From Azolla caroliniana (lineage: Eukaryota; Plantae; Polypodiophyta): a DNA stretch of 64,000 nt. This document shows positions 1 through 11,911 of this stretch, in pieces. Under the pieces are notes generated by a model that saw nothing but the letters and a program-made list of their open reading frames with translations, searched no databases and had not been told where the DNA came from. Each line of letters opens with the position of its first letter. Positions within the stretch are counted from its first letter, which is position 1. A program made the translations under genes and the position numbers. The DNA is taken from assembly GCA_043228905.1 (NCBI GenBank), contig JBHGNT010000012.1, positions 3,286,001-3,350,000 of the forward strand. The letters run 5' to 3'.

Positions 1-221
1 CTCTGCCTTTGATCATATTCGACCATGCTTTCCACATCTCTTCGATCAAGCCCAATCCTTGCACAAATTTCTCTCACAACCACGATGTGCACTCTCGATT
101 GCAACATTCATTGGTAAAGTTCTTGAACATCGAGAGTCTCTACTCACCTTCACACGTATCACGTGAAATGTAATATTTTTGGTCTCATAGGTCATATTTG
201 ACCTCCAAAGATGATGATATA

Positions 222-253
<32 letters not shown>

Positions 254-1353
254 CTCCTAATAGCTGGCCCTTTTTCAATATTTTTGGTTCTAGATCCTTC
301 CGATCCTTCTGCGTACTGCGAGACCACTGAGGCAAATCTGGACCATCTCGTCTTCATCCATGTCACGTTGATGGACTCGAGCGCGTCACAGATCTCCTTG
401 ATCTCGGTGGTGTAGTTGGTAACCGATATGTCCCTTTGTCGGATATTGTTAAGCTCTTGCTGGAGCTACAACTTCTGAGTCGTGGTACTTGCTGACAAAA
501 TCTTCTGAGATTTTCCTAGGCCTCCTTCGGAGACTTTGCGTCTCTAATGTAGCCGAACATCTGGTCGTGCACACATGACGCGAGGCAGTACAACACTTTG
601 CTCGCTCCATGTTCGCATGTTGGGAAGTCCTTTTGTGACGAATCCGGCGTTGCTACATTTGCTCCTTCTATGTAGCTCCAATATCCGTGCCCCAACAGGT
701 ACTGGTGCATTTTATACGACCAGGACGCATAGTTGCTCCGATTCAGCTTTTCTGTAGGATGCGAGCTCACCATACTTTTGTCCATATTTCTTCAACCTGT
801 TCTTTTCGGTCTGTGCTTTTCCGGAAATTAGGCTTCGTCTATGGAAATCTCTTGTCAGCAGTAGAGGTTCTCAACCCTCACGCTCTAATACCATGTCAAA
901 GTTCATATGCGGAAGCTTTGACAAACCGGTTTACCCAGATAGCAATAGAAAATATGCACAGGTTTAATGGAAGCTTGAATCACACAAAAAGAGAGTGGGA
1001 GAGAAAAAGAGAGTAGAACAACATAAACTCGATTAAAAAAAATGACACTCTGTACATACAAATGTCCTATAGATCACTTTTTATACAAGTCCTTAAAAGG
1101 ACTGATAGAATTATTGACAAGTACTTCAATGCTCATACGAACGCCTGACACTCACGCCAAGGAATATGCCTACGTACTAGGCTAAGGTTGTAGACCTCTA
1201 ATGGCCTATTGGTTACAATCCAGTTCGTCTCTCTGATCCGGTTCTTGGTTCCGGATACCGATCCGGATACCTATCCGGTTCTCCGTTCCGGATACTGATC
1301 CGGTTCCGACTTATTCAGCCGATTCGGATCCGATGGAGCTTGTCAGCTCAACA
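1..1353 (-). mobile_element. Ty1/copia LTR retrotransposon, 5' part (5' LTR 894-1353, PBS, degenerate gag), truncated by window edge
   Basis: GCTCTAATACCA at 882-893 is the reverse complement of a tRNA-iMet-type PBS (1 mismatch) next to a TG...CA segment at 894-1353. ORF 516-785 has a copia gag N-terminus (EKLNRSNYASWSYKM..YL.GHGYW). The LTR resembles 62114-62569 and 30346-30687. Confidence 0.85.
223..252. repeat. (CTAT)n microsatellite
   Basis: Direct reading. Confidence 0.9.
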
Positions 1354-2703
1354 GTTTGAGATTCAATAATGTTACTTGATGATATTTCAAATTGTTGTAT
1401 ATAGTGAAACAATTGTTTCAGTTGATGATATTTCAAATTATTTCATGTAGTGAAGCAATTGTTTCACGACAATGCTCGAAGAGAATGTCTTCTTATTCTA
1501 TTTGGAAGATTGCATCCATGGATGATGGAGGTATCATGCCCATATATATATATGATCGATGGATGATGGAGGTTGCATGCTCATACAAGCCTTCATATAT
1601 ATATATATATATATATATTGATGGATTCCAAATAATATACTTCATGTTTTTTGGATCTTGACAATAATCAAAATCCCTTTGTGAAGATTGAATGCAAAGA
1701 GCTTGATGATAGCAAGAATATGTACTAGTGGTTAATCTCATTTGTAAATGTTGATTCCAATGCATGTGTTCTCAAAACTAAAAAGAAAAATATTCACAAG
1801 AAGTAGATGTTGGTCATAAACTACTTGTCTAAACCTTGGAATATGAATACAATGGCAAGGCGCATGATGACGAAAATATTTCTTGTGGTTTAAATACTAC
1901 AATTATTGATGAATATGCTAACATACACATCTAGACATTACATAATTTCGTACATGTCATTACGTCATGATTATTTTGATAATTGATCAATGCAATAAAA
2001 AAGTGATTCTATTTTACATTTGATCAAATGTATATATATTTGCGATATATACCAAATAACTACCGAATTTTGGTGCAATTTGCAATGTCACTAGTTGAGA
2101 TATCAAATTTTGGTTTATTTTCTCCAACGCATTGAAATCGATGATGATAATGAATAGAAGGTAGAATAATTGAGTACACGAGTAGAAGGTGGTTTCCATA
2201 GCCAATTGGATATAACCTGTATAGGCACAACACTCTACTTTTTATGCTCATGATATGAGATAGGGAGTTGAGAGAGGAAGCAAAGTTCTTGACAAATATG
2301 TACAACAGAGTGGTGAAGAAGCTATATTCCATGAAAGCATGTCAAGGAAGGTTGAGGTTGTGGATTTTTTTCCACTAAAGTTGAACCCACAACTAAAAGA
2401 CAACAAGTAAAAAGGTACGGGCTATTTGTATAATTGTTGCACTACTTTTTACTTATTGTTGATATGCTACTATTGAGGGGTAGCCTTAGAAAACAAAACC
2501 AAAAAAGAAACAAAAACTCTTTTGGCTGAAAATAAGAAAAACAGAGAGTGGACAACAATGTGAAAGAAAAGAAAAATCAGAAAAATAGAGAGAAAGAGAG
2601 AGAGATCAATTAAAAAAAAAAGGCACAAGAGACACAAAGTGGACAAAGCTTGAAACAACGTTGATACTAACTAGTATCGCAACCTAGTTCCATCCTTGGT
2701 TTT

Positions 2704-3018
2704 CACATTTGATAAGTATGATTTGTGTATTTTTCTATTGAATATTTCTTATTATATTGTTAGGCATTGATGACATGAGATTCTGATTTTGCGCTTCATT
2801 GGATGTAAATGAAGACAAGTTTTCCATTTCTTCCTTGGAGTACATTTTATTTGGATTAGTTTCATCCTAGTCTTCCACATTTGATAGTTGTGATTTGTGC
2901 ATTTCTCTACTTAATATTTTCTTCGTATATTGTTAAGCATTGATTACATGAGATTTTGATTTTCTGCTTCGTTGGAAGTAAATGAAGACACGTTTTCCAT
3001 TTCTTCCTCGGAGTACAT
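2704..3018. repeat. Diverged ~172-bp-period tandem duplication upstream of PGG-like gene 1
   Basis: CACATTTGATA...TTTTCCATTTCTTCCT.GGAGTACAT occurs at ~2704-2845 and again at ~2876-3018. Confidence 0.8.
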
Positions 3019-3463
3019 GTTGTCTAGATTGTCCGGATGAAACGAAACAAATATGTTGTATTGAGTTTAGTTTTTTGTCCCTTAGAGAAGGAAGCTTCGA
3101 GACTATGTAAGGAGAGAGAAGCACAAACACAAAGAAGGAGAGAGAGTTCGAACTTGGATAGTTAATAGAATACTTCATATAGATACTTACAAGTTACAAA
3201 TAAGCACTTAAAAAAGGTGCATACAAACAAAAAAAAGTGCCCCATGGATTATTTTATGATGTGTAACGTCTCCTATTTTCCAAATAGATATTTATATTAT
3301 ATCTTATATCTTAACACAAACACATATAATACATAATATACACTCACTATATAAGTTATATGATAATAAGAGATCCACATAGCCAAGAGTCTTATTGGGA
3401 ACAATATAATAGCATGTGCTCAAAGCTGAAAACCAGCATTGTTTATTACTGAACCTTCCTGTT

Positions 3464-3499
3464 GGTCAAGATCATGATGTAGATGATTGACAAGGTCAA
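3464..3499. promoter_or_regulatory. W-box elements (GGTCAA at 3464; TTGAC-AAG-GTCAA at 3487-3499) upstream of gene 1
   Basis: Match to the WRKY W-box TTGAC(C/T) on the reverse strand. The same TGAC-NNN-GTCA arrangement occurs upstream of the paralogs. TATA-like TTTATAAAT at ~3551. Confidence 0.5.
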
Positions 3500-3612
3500 G
3501 ATTTAAAGATCTGATCTTACAATTACAAATATACACACATTAGGTTCTGATTTATAAATCTGATTGGAGATACATCATTGTGGTCTTTGAGGAAAAAAAA
3601 AAGGATCTTTGA

Positions 3613-4614
3613 ATGGAAGGAATGATGGACAACTCAAGCAGTGCCAATGCTCATAATAATAATCCAGCTCCTGCATATATTGGGTCATCCACGCATAATA
3701 CTCGAGATGCCATGGGCTTGACGACAATATCTCATCGTGCGGTGATGTGGGAGATCGAGATGGCGCGCGGACAAATCGCCAACTTCAGGAACCTCCTCAC
3801 TGCCCACTCTATCATCCTCTCGCTCCTCGTGACCGTCAATCTCATCGGTTTCCTCCAGCCGCCCAAAGGCTGGCTTGTGACCGATGTCCCGGACATTGGT
3901 GGGGATCACGCCCCCCATACAAAGATGAGTACGAGCACAATGTACATGGACAGCCCGTCGGTGCGTGCATTCGCCGTGACCAACAGCCTATCTCTCTATA
4001 GTGCCATCACCGGGCTGCTCTTCTATATCTACTGCACTTCCGGAGACTTCCTCTCGTTGGAATTGATCTCCGTCCGTGCCGACATGACCTACGATGAGCA
4101 AGGCATCAATTTCCTCCACAACCTTCGTGCATGCCTCCGGTGCATCGCGCTCCCTTCGGTGCACCGCCGCAGCCGGCTCCTCTTCTGCTTCCTCATGTGC
4201 TCCCTCTTATTTTCCGGGATGGCATTCGTGTCGGCCGGGCTGGCAGCAGTGGGCCACAAGTGGCGCAAGAAGTACGTGGTCTATCCGGCCATCCCCGGGT
4301 GCCTTTTGGTGTTCGGATCCCTCGTGCTGGTGCTCGTGAAACATCACCGTGAGATGGAATTCCACAGACGGCTGGACGTGTTCTGGAAGGACATTGCCGG
4401 GATCAACCGGGATGAAATCCCGAAGCTGAGACGGGTGAGCCGTGACATCTGCCGGGCCCTGGATCCCGCCCCTTTGATGTACAGACCCATGTGCCCGACC
4501 AACAAGTGTCAAACTCGGGAATCCCGTCGCAATGCTACTACCATCAATGGCCATGACAGACAATTATATTTCGAGTATCGCCATGGCTCTTATGAACTCG
4601 ACCCTTACCAATGA
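3613..4614 (+). CDS. PGG-domain-like multi-pass membrane protein without ankyrin repeats (paralog 1, 333 aa, most divergent)
   Basis: Intact, GC-rich, single-exon ORF. LLVTVNLIGFLQPPKGW and AFAVTNSLSLYSAI resemble the PGG-domain pattern (LIATVTF.A...PPGG / F...N..AF..S). Four hydrophobic segments; four paralogs in the window. Confidence 0.8.
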   Translation: MEGMMDNSSSANAHNNNPAPAYIGSSTHNTRDAMGLTTISHRAVMWEIEMARGQIANFRNLLTAHSIILSLLVTVNLIGFLQPPKGWLVTDVPDIGGDHAPHTKMSTSTMYMDSPSVRAFAVTNSLSLYSAITGLLFYIYCTSGDFLSLELISVRADMTYDEQGINFLHNLRACLRCIALPSVHRRSRLLFCFLMCSLLFSGMAFVSAGLAAVGHKWRKKYVVYPAIPGCLLVFGSLVLVLVKHHREMEFHRRLDVFWKDIAGINRDEIPKLRRVSRDICRALDPAPLMYRPMCPTNKCQTRESRRNATTINGHDRQLYFEYRHGSYELDPYQ

Positions 4615-4933
4615 TGTAACTTATTTGAATCATACACTCATCCCGCCTCGATAAGATTTTGTATGACCTTCATTCTTCTTCTTCGTCCTCATGTTTTCAT
4701 AGCTAAATTGCTAGTTTCTTCCCGAATCCTTGCGTTTCGGCAGTTTTGTGCATTTGTTTCCGGCATTCTCTGAACTATTTGGTTTGGTAGGACATCTAGC
4801 ACTACAGCAAAATGTTAGTATATCTATGGTGAGAAATGCTTGGAACACCCATTCTGTTATATATATATATATTAGAAGCAAACGATCATATGTTAAAAAT
4901 ATTCCGAGTGGGCTTAATTTAACTCTATGATTC

Positions 4934-5756
4934 TGAAAGAGTTTCACTCCGATTCGAAATCAGAAATTGAACTTAGACGCAAACAGAAATAAGAAAGAAC
5001 ACACAATTTACGTGGAAAACCCTGATTTAGGGAAAAACCACGGAACAGAGATTTCACTATGAGAAATGACAGAATACAATCACAGAACAATGAAACCTGA
5101 TTTGGTATGAGCATATACTGAAACCACGATTTCAGTCAAGCTCTTCAAACTCTAGCACGCATGTGACTATTCCTTTCGAAGCTTCCGAAGCTTCTCTGTC
5201 TTTTTCTCTTTTGCTTCACACTTCTTTTCTTCTTACTTAGCTTCTGAGTACGTATACTCTTGCACAGCCACTACTGTGCAGAAAACCAGTCGTTCTCAGA
5301 TTCACCACACACACACAACTCGTTTTTCTCTCAGATATATATATATATATATATCTCACACCCTCACATACGTTATGTAGGTTTTCCCCCTTTTCTCACT
5401 ATTTCACTCTTAGTGAGTTATCCCACATACAGGCGCACTACCAGGCCTGTTAGCATATATATACTAAGTCATTTTCTTCTTTGTATGTAGAAGACATATG
5501 TATATGTATATGTGTGTCAATTCGATTTAGTACGAATTTGACTCTCTCACCGAATTCGATCAGCTAACCCCCGATTCGGTTCTTCACAACTGACTATTCT
5601 TTTGCTTTCCGAATTTCGACCAAATTCGGTAAATCGGTTTTTCGGCCGATTTCAATAATTCGACTCTTTTCGGCTTTTCGGCCGATTTCGACCAGTCGAC
5701 ACTCAAGTCGACTTTTCGGCCGACTCCCCCGCAAGGAGGGACGCCTTTACACAACA
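4934..5756 (-). repeat. 3' LTR of intact copia
   Basis: Direct repeat of 9812-10634; TG...CA ends; adjacent PPT. Confidence 0.97.
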
Positions 5757-8700
5757 AACTCCCCCTTCACTCCTGTAGGGGGAGAACCAATCAAGCCAAT
5801 CTTATTCCTGCATGCAACAAGTTTTTCCATAGGCAAAACTTTTGTGAGCATGTCTGAGCCATTTTCTTCAGTGGGGATCTTAGATAGAACAAACTCATTT
5901 TCTTCCACTCTTTCTCTTAACCAATGGTACCTTCTTTGAATGTGCTTTGTACGAGAGTGGTAGGTAGCATTTTTAGCTAGATGGATAGCACTTTGATTGT
6001 CACAATGAAGTAAGTACTTGTCTTGCTTCAATCCTAGTTCATTCAAGAACTCTCTCATCCAAATCAGTTCTTTTCCGGCTTCCACTGCAGCCATATACTC
6101 AGCCTCGGTGGTAGACAAAGCCACAACCTTTTGCAATCTTGATTGCCATGACACAGCTCCCCCTGAATACATCATCACATACCCTGATGTGGATCGGCTA
6201 GAATCTACATCACCCGACATGTCAGAATCTGTAAAACCTTCTAGTACAGGTTTCCCGGAGCCATATCTAAGACATACATTCGAAGTTCCCTTGAGGTATC
6301 TAAGAATCCATTTCACAGCTTCCCAATGCTCCCTTCCAGGATTTCCCATGTATCTACTAACTGTCCCGATAGCGAATGCAATGTCCGGCCTTGTGCAAAC
6401 CATAGCATACATAAGGCTACCAACCGCAGAGGCATACGGCACTCTTCTCATCTCTGCCTTATCTTTCTCAGATTTCGGACATTGTCCTGAATTTAACTTA
6501 CAGTCCATTGGCAATGGAGATCCGACTGATTTTGCATCGCGCATATTAAACCTTTGCAAAACTTTTGTCACGTATTTCTCTTGTGACAGCCATAGCAAGT
6601 TTTCAGTCCTGTCCCGGACTATATGCATTCCCAAAATCTGTTTTGCCGGTCCTAAGTCTTTCATGGCAAATGATTTGCTCAATGATTTCTTCAAGCTTGC
6701 AATCTTTTTGACATCCTGTCCAACAACCAACATATCATCCACATACAACAACAGAATAAGAAAGTCACCCTCATTATACCTTTTCACAAATACACAATGA
6801 TCGGCTTGTGTTTTGTGGAATCCATGTTCCAACATGAAGGACTCAAATTTCTTATACCATTGTCGTGGAGCTTGCTTTAAACCATACAAGCTTTTCTTCA
6901 ACCTACACACGAGATTTTCTTTTCCTTTTACCTCAAAGCCCTCCGGTTGTTGCATATAGATTTCCTCTTCTAGCTCACCATGCAAGAAGGCTGTTTTAAC
7001 ATCTAGTTGTTCGATTTCAAGATTCATACTAGCTGCCATACTCAAGACAGTCCGAATAGAGGTCATTTTTACAACTGGGGCAAAAATCTCATCGAAGTCA
7101 ACACCCTTTTTCTGTTGGAAACCCTTTACGACAATACGGGCCTTATACCTGGGTGTACTACCATCTTCACCAGTCTTTAATTTGTAGACCCATTTGTTTC
7201 TAAGTGCCTTCTTACCATCAGGCAACTCCATCAACTCATAAGTTAGGTTCTCATGCAAGGAATCCATTTCTTCTTGCATGGCATTATACCATTTCTCCTT
7301 GTGTGCATCAGTCATGGCCTCTTCATAGCATTCTGGTTCCCCTTCATCAGTCAAGAGAACATATTGACTGGCTGGATATCTAGAAGAGACCTTCCTTTGT
7401 CTTCGTGGATATCTTCTCCCTTCAATAATTGGCTGATGGCCGTTTTCTTCCAGCAACTCATCTTCCGACTCAGACTCGTGTGTATCAGTCAGATGTTGGG
7501 TGTCGACCGACTCAGATTGTTGTTGGGTATCGACCGACTCAAATTCAATTTCATTAGCCGATTGTTGTGTGTGAGTCGGATCGACTAGTATTGACTCCAT
7601 AGCAGTGATCGATTTGGGAGACGACTCTGGTCTTTGTTGCTCCCAGTCCTCGATTGTCTTGTCTTCCATGAATATGACATCTCGACTTCTTATCACTTTC
7701 TTGTCACGGAGATCCCACATTCTGTACCCGAACTCGTCTTCCGAGTACCCCAAGAATATACAAGGTTTGGACTTGCTGTCCAGTTTTGACCTCTGATCTT
7801 TAGCAACATGTACATAGGCCAAACATCCAAACACCTTTAAGTGCTGATAAGACACATTTCTCCTTGTCCACACTCTTTGTGGTACATCCCCCTTCAAAGG
7901 CACTGATGGAGACCTGTTTATGAGATAAACAGCAGTCAACATTGCTTCAGCCCAATATGATTTTGGCAATTTTGCATGTGCCAACATGCTTCTTACCCTT
8001 TCCATTATGGTCCGATTCATTCTTTCTGCTAGACCATTTAGCTCAGGTGTCTTCGGCACCGTATACTCAAGTTTGATGCCTTGAGTCTTGCAATACATTT
8101 CAAATTGGCCTCTATATTCGCCACCGTTATCTGTCCGGACAGCCTTCAGCTTTTGTCCGGATTCTCTTTCTGCCCTGGCATGAAACTCTTTAAAGACCGA
8201 CAACACTTGGTCTTTAGACACCAGCACATAAGCCCACACTTTCCTACTGAAGTCATCAATAAATGTGACAAAGTATTGTCCTCCACGATGAGATGGGGCA
8301 TCAACATAACATACATCGGTGTGCACCAGCTCTAAGGCATGCTCTCTCCTCATTGGAGGCCTAGAGTGAAACGCTGTTCTATTTTGCTTTCCAGCGAGGC
8401 AATCCACACACCTTTCCAAATGCACTCCTTTCACCTCTGGTAGGAAATCCTTTTCCGCAAGGATATGCATTCCCCTTTCACTCATATGTCCGAGCCTTTT
8501 ATGCCACAACTCACCATCTGAGCCAGCCACTACATTTGCTTCCTCTCGACACAACTTCCCATGCATTACATACAGTGTGTTCTGTTTTTGGGCTCGAGCC
8601 ACGATCAGGCTCCCTTTACAGAACTTCCATGAACCATTTTGGAAGCCACCGCTGTACCCTTCATCGTCTAGCCGTCCAGCCGATATCAAGTTCAACCTGA

Positions 8701-9784
8701 CATCCGGAACATGACGTACATCCTTCAACATTAACCTGCAGCCTGTAGATGTTAGCAAGCACACAGTTCCTATGCCCACAATCTTGCATTCCCCGTCATT
8801 TCCCATCTTTACATGACCATAGTCACCCGCTGTGTAGGATGAGAAACATTCTCTTTTGGGAGTTAGGTGAAATGATGCACCGGAATCCACTACCCATGAG
8901 CTCTCAGCACTTGCAAGATTCACACTAGCTTGTTCACATATGAACAACATCTCTTCCTCACTAGTTACGATGGCTGAGGTATTTTTATCATCGGAGATTT
9001 TTCTAGGTTCGGTCTCATCAGCCATGCCTTTGTCCTTCCTAAGATGTCGACAATTCTCTTGGAAGTGACCAGGCTTCCCACAATAAAAACATGTAGGTCT
9101 TCCTCTAGATTTCGACCTAAACCTATCCCCATTTTCTAGACTTCTATGTTCTCTTCTACCTCTACTAAATTCTTGGGTCACATTAGCCTCCGATTGAGAT
9201 AAAGTACTTTTATCCTTTCTTCTTGTCTCTTCATTTAGAATACTCGTTTTTACTACTTGTAAGGATAAGTTGTCTTCTTTACATGAAGTGCTGAGTGTTA
9301 CTATTAGGTTTTCCCAACTATCGGGTAGAGTACATAATAAAAGTGTGGCCTGCATACAATCATCTAGTGGGAACTTTGATGATGCTAACTGATTCACTAG
9401 TCCCATAAACACACTAATGTGCTCTACTATACTCTCCCCATCTACATACTTCAGTCTCACTATCTTCCTCATCAAGAAGGTCTTATTTAAGGCATTTTTC
9501 CTTTCATAGAGGGCGGAAAGCTTATGCCATAGCTCGAAAGCATTTGTGTCACTCGCTACATGTTGTAGGACACTAATGTCTACACATTGTCTTATGGTCG
9601 CCACTGCCTTCCTATTTAGGATTCTCCACTCCGAATCTATTACCCCCTTTGGTATATCCTTGTTTTCTATGGGCTCATACAAGTCTTTTACTATTAGGAG
9701 ATCTTCCATTTTGATCTTCCAATCTGAATAGTTCTGTGCGTTCAAGACAATCATCCCAGGAAAACCACTCACGCTCCCTTCCAT
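5747..9784 (-). CDS. Copia Gag-Pol polyprotein (gag, CCHC knuckle, protease, integrase, RT, RNase H)
   Basis: Motifs in copia order (PR-IN-RT-RH): CFYCGKPGHFQENC, WVVDSGASFH, WHKRLGH...CVDC, HTDV / RTDNGGEY / NGLAER, YVDDML, TDSD...AEY...CDNQSA. Confidence 0.98.
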   Translation of the reverse strand: MEGSVSGFPGMIVLNAQNYSDWKIKMEDLLIVKDLYEPIENKDIPKGVIDSEWRILNRKAVATIRQCVDISVLQHVASDTNAFELWHKLSALYERKNALNKTFLMRKIVRLKYVDGESIVEHISVFMGLVNQLASSKFPLDDCMQATLLLCTLPDSWENLIVTLSTSCKEDNLSLQVVKTSILNEETRRKDKSTLSQSEANVTQEFSRGRREHRSLENGDRFRSKSRGRPTCFYCGKPGHFQENCRHLRKDKGMADETEPRKISDDKNTSAIVTSEEEMLFICEQASVNLASAESSWVVDSGASFHLTPKRECFSSYTAGDYGHVKMGNDGECKIVGIGTVCLLTSTGCRLMLKDVRHVPDVRLNLISAGRLDDEGYSGGFQNGSWKFCKGSLIVARAQKQNTLYVMHGKLCREEANVVAGSDGELWHKRLGHMSERGMHILAEKDFLPEVKGVHLERCVDCLAGKQNRTAFHSRPPMRREHALELVHTDVCYVDAPSHRGGQYFVTFIDDFSRKVWAYVLVSKDQVLSVFKEFHARAERESGQKLKAVRTDNGGEYRGQFEMYCKTQGIKLEYTVPKTPELNGLAERMNRTIMERVRSMLAHAKLPKSYWAEAMLTAVYLINRSPSVPLKGDVPQRVWTRRNVSYQHLKVFGCLAYVHVAKDQRSKLDSKSKPCIFLGYSEDEFGYRMWDLRDKKVIRSRDVIFMEDKTIEDWEQQRPESSPKSITAMESILVDPTHTQQSANEIEFESVDTQQQSESVDTQHLTDTHESESEDELLEENGHQPIIEGRRYPRRQRKVSSRYPASQYVLLTDEGEPECYEEAMTDAHKEKWYNAMQEEMDSLHENLTYELMELPDGKKALRNKWVYKLKTGEDGSTPRYKARIVVKGFQQKKGVDFDEIFAPVVKMTSIRTVLSMAASMNLEIEQLDVKTAFLHGELEEEIYMQQPEGFEVKGKENLVCRLKKSLYGLKQAPRQWYKKFESFMLEHGFHKTQADHCVFVKRYNEGDFLILLLYVDDMLVVGQDVKKIASLKKSLSKSFAMKDLGPAKQILGMHIVRDRTENLLWLSQEKYVTKVLQRFNMRDAKSVGSPLPMDCKLNSGQCPKSEKDKAEMRRVPYASAVGSLMYAMVCTRPDIAFAIGTVSRYMGNPGREHWEAVKWILRYLKGTSNVCLRYGSGKPVLEGFTDSDMSGDVDSSRSTSGYVMMYSGGAVSWQSRLQKVVALSTTEAEYMAAVEAGKELIWMREFLNELGLKQDKYLLHCDNQSAIHLAKNATYHSRTKHIQRRYHWLRERVEENEFVLSKIPTEENGSDMLTKVLPMEKLVACRNKIGLIGSPPTGVKGEFVV

Positions 9785-9811
9785 CTAGAACCTTCGGCTC
9801 TGATACCAGTT

Positions 9812-10634
9812 TGAAAGAGTTTCACTCCGATTCGAAATCAGAAATTGAACTTAGACGCAAACAGAAATAAGAAAGAACACACAATTTACGTGGAAAACCC
9901 TGATTTAGGGAAAAACCACGGAACAGAGATTTCACTATGAGAAATGACAGAATACAATCACAGAACAATGAAACCTGATTTGGTATGAGCATATACTGAA
10001 ACCACGATTTCAGTCAAGCTCTTCAAACTCTAGCACGCATGTGACTATTCCTTTCGAAGCTTCCGAAGCTTCTCTGTCTTTTTCTCTTTTGCTTCACACT
10101 TCTTTTCTTCTTACTTAGCTTCTGAGTACGTATACTCTTGCACAGCCACTACTGTGCAGAAAACCAGTCGTTCTCAGATTCACCACACACACACAACTCG
10201 TTTTTCTCTCAGATATATATATATATATATATCTCACACCCTCACATACGTTATGTAGGTTTTCCCCCTTTTCTCACTATTTCACTCTTAGTGAGTTATC
10301 CCACATACAGGCGCACTACCAGGCCTGTTAGCATATATATACTAAGTCATTTTCTTCTTTGTATGTAGAAGACATATGTATATGTATATGTGTGTCAATT
10401 CGATTTAGTACGAATTTGACTCTCTCACCGAATTCGATCAGCTAACCCCCGATTCGGTTCTTCACAACTGACTATTCTTTTGCTTTCCGAATTTCGACCA
10501 AATTCGGTAAATCGGTTTTTCGGCCGATTTCAATAATTCGACTCTTTTCGGCTTTTCGGCCGATTTCGACCAGTCGACACTCAAGTCGACTTTTCGGCCG
10601 ACTCCCCCGCAAGGAGGGACGCCTTTACACAACA
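9812..10634 (-). repeat. 5' LTR of intact copia
   Basis: Direct repeat of 4934-5756; adjacent PBS. Confidence 0.97.
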
Positions 10635-11200
10635 GATTCATGAGCTTTCGAATATGATCTCTGAATTTCCTAATGACAAATGCTTTTTCTTGTAAGCTAA
10701 CATGATTCAATTGGGCTAGATTGATGGCATTATGTCCAATTAAAGCCATTAAGACATGTATAGTTCGATCAATTATGGGCTCTTTACAATATTCTGTAAC
10801 AAGTACATAACACTGTTGAGGATTCATGGGAGCTAAAAATAAGGCTTTCATTGTTAAGATTTACAACTGGTGTGTAAATCATAACACAAATTGTGTGCAC
10901 ACAAAAAGTAAAAGATTGACAAAGTAGAAGACGGTTAGTATAAAAGAAAATTTGTCTCAAGTTTGGTTCAGATAGCTATAATTTGAGCTTTGCAGGGCAA
11001 ACTTGTTAGATTTGAAGCTGAAACCTTTCTTCTATGTAAACAATTGAAGGTTATTCAATTAATTTCATTGCTTGAAATACAGTAAGCCTTTACAACGTCA
11101 TTTACGGAATAATACAGTAAATGCGTAAGGTTTTCTGACGAAATCAAAGAAAAGGTCAAACTCAAAATAATTTATGTGAAAATCTACCTCGCCATTAATT

Positions 11201-11911
11201 GTTGTAAAGGGAACAAGTAAGATGCTAAGCGATTTGTGTATGGATTCATAAAAAGGGATGGTCTAGTAGTGACTAGAAGGAGCAAAGATTAACGCTAAAT
11301 GGATTGATTATTAAAGGAGCAACACATTTCAACGCAGGATCTAATCAACAGTATGTTATTCAAGCTACTTACTACAGAGCTTCGGCTACTCAAGCTGCTG
11401 TTTTTCAAGAACTTGTCAAAAGAGAGGTAATCTCCAAACTCTCTTACATAGTAAGGTCTTCTTGTTGTTCCACTATGTTTGGGGAAATACACCTTCTAAA
11501 GGTATTCCTTTTCTTTCTCTAAACCTAGAAACAAGAGAGGATTCACTCGTCTTTGGTTCATAGAAGAGAGGATTTGCATTTTTTTTTAAAACATATGCTT
11601 GCTCACTTGATGTGAGATTGTGAAATTGGAAGTTGCGTTTTTAGCCGCATTCCATTTACTTCTGGCTGATATACGAGTGAGGTGTTGTTCTTTAGGCGAA
11701 CATAGATAGTTCTTGTTTTTTGGGGGCCTATGATAGTTATGAATACATATCTTTTTTGAACACGGTGATAGTTGTACTTGATACTAGCTAGTGAGTAGCA
11801 TCCCAACTATCAATAGGTGCTTACAGTTGCAATCAACTAAGCTTACTTACCACCTAATGGCATCTTAAATGTCTCAGTTTCGAGTGCCCCACATGGTGGT
11901 TCCCATAGAAA
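11201..11911 (+). repeat. ~710-bp direct repeat, copy 1 (copy 2 at 14932-15639)
   Basis: GTTGTAAAGGGAACAAGTAAGATGCTAAG...GGTGGTTCCCATAGAAA is present twice with scattered substitutions. Confidence 0.93.

Larger units (their letters stand above)
4934..10634 (-). mobile_element. Intact full-length Ty1/copia LTR retrotransposon
   Basis: Two 823-bp TG...CA LTRs (4934-5756, 9812-10634) with no differences found by eye. 5-bp TSD GATTC (4929-4933, 10635-10639). PBS TGGTATCAGAGC (rc at 9797-9808), PPT (rc at 5757-5767), and one uninterrupted 1345-aa ORF. Confidence 0.98.

Noticed and set aside
5260-5490. Identical 76-aa ORFs at 5260 and 10138
   Set aside because: Chance ORF in the two LTR copies, with a non-ATG start and spanning an (AT)n tract.
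6018-6800. 260-aa + strand ORF (also 7253-7588 and 18960-19352)
   Set aside because: Antisense shadows of copia pol with no independent motifs.
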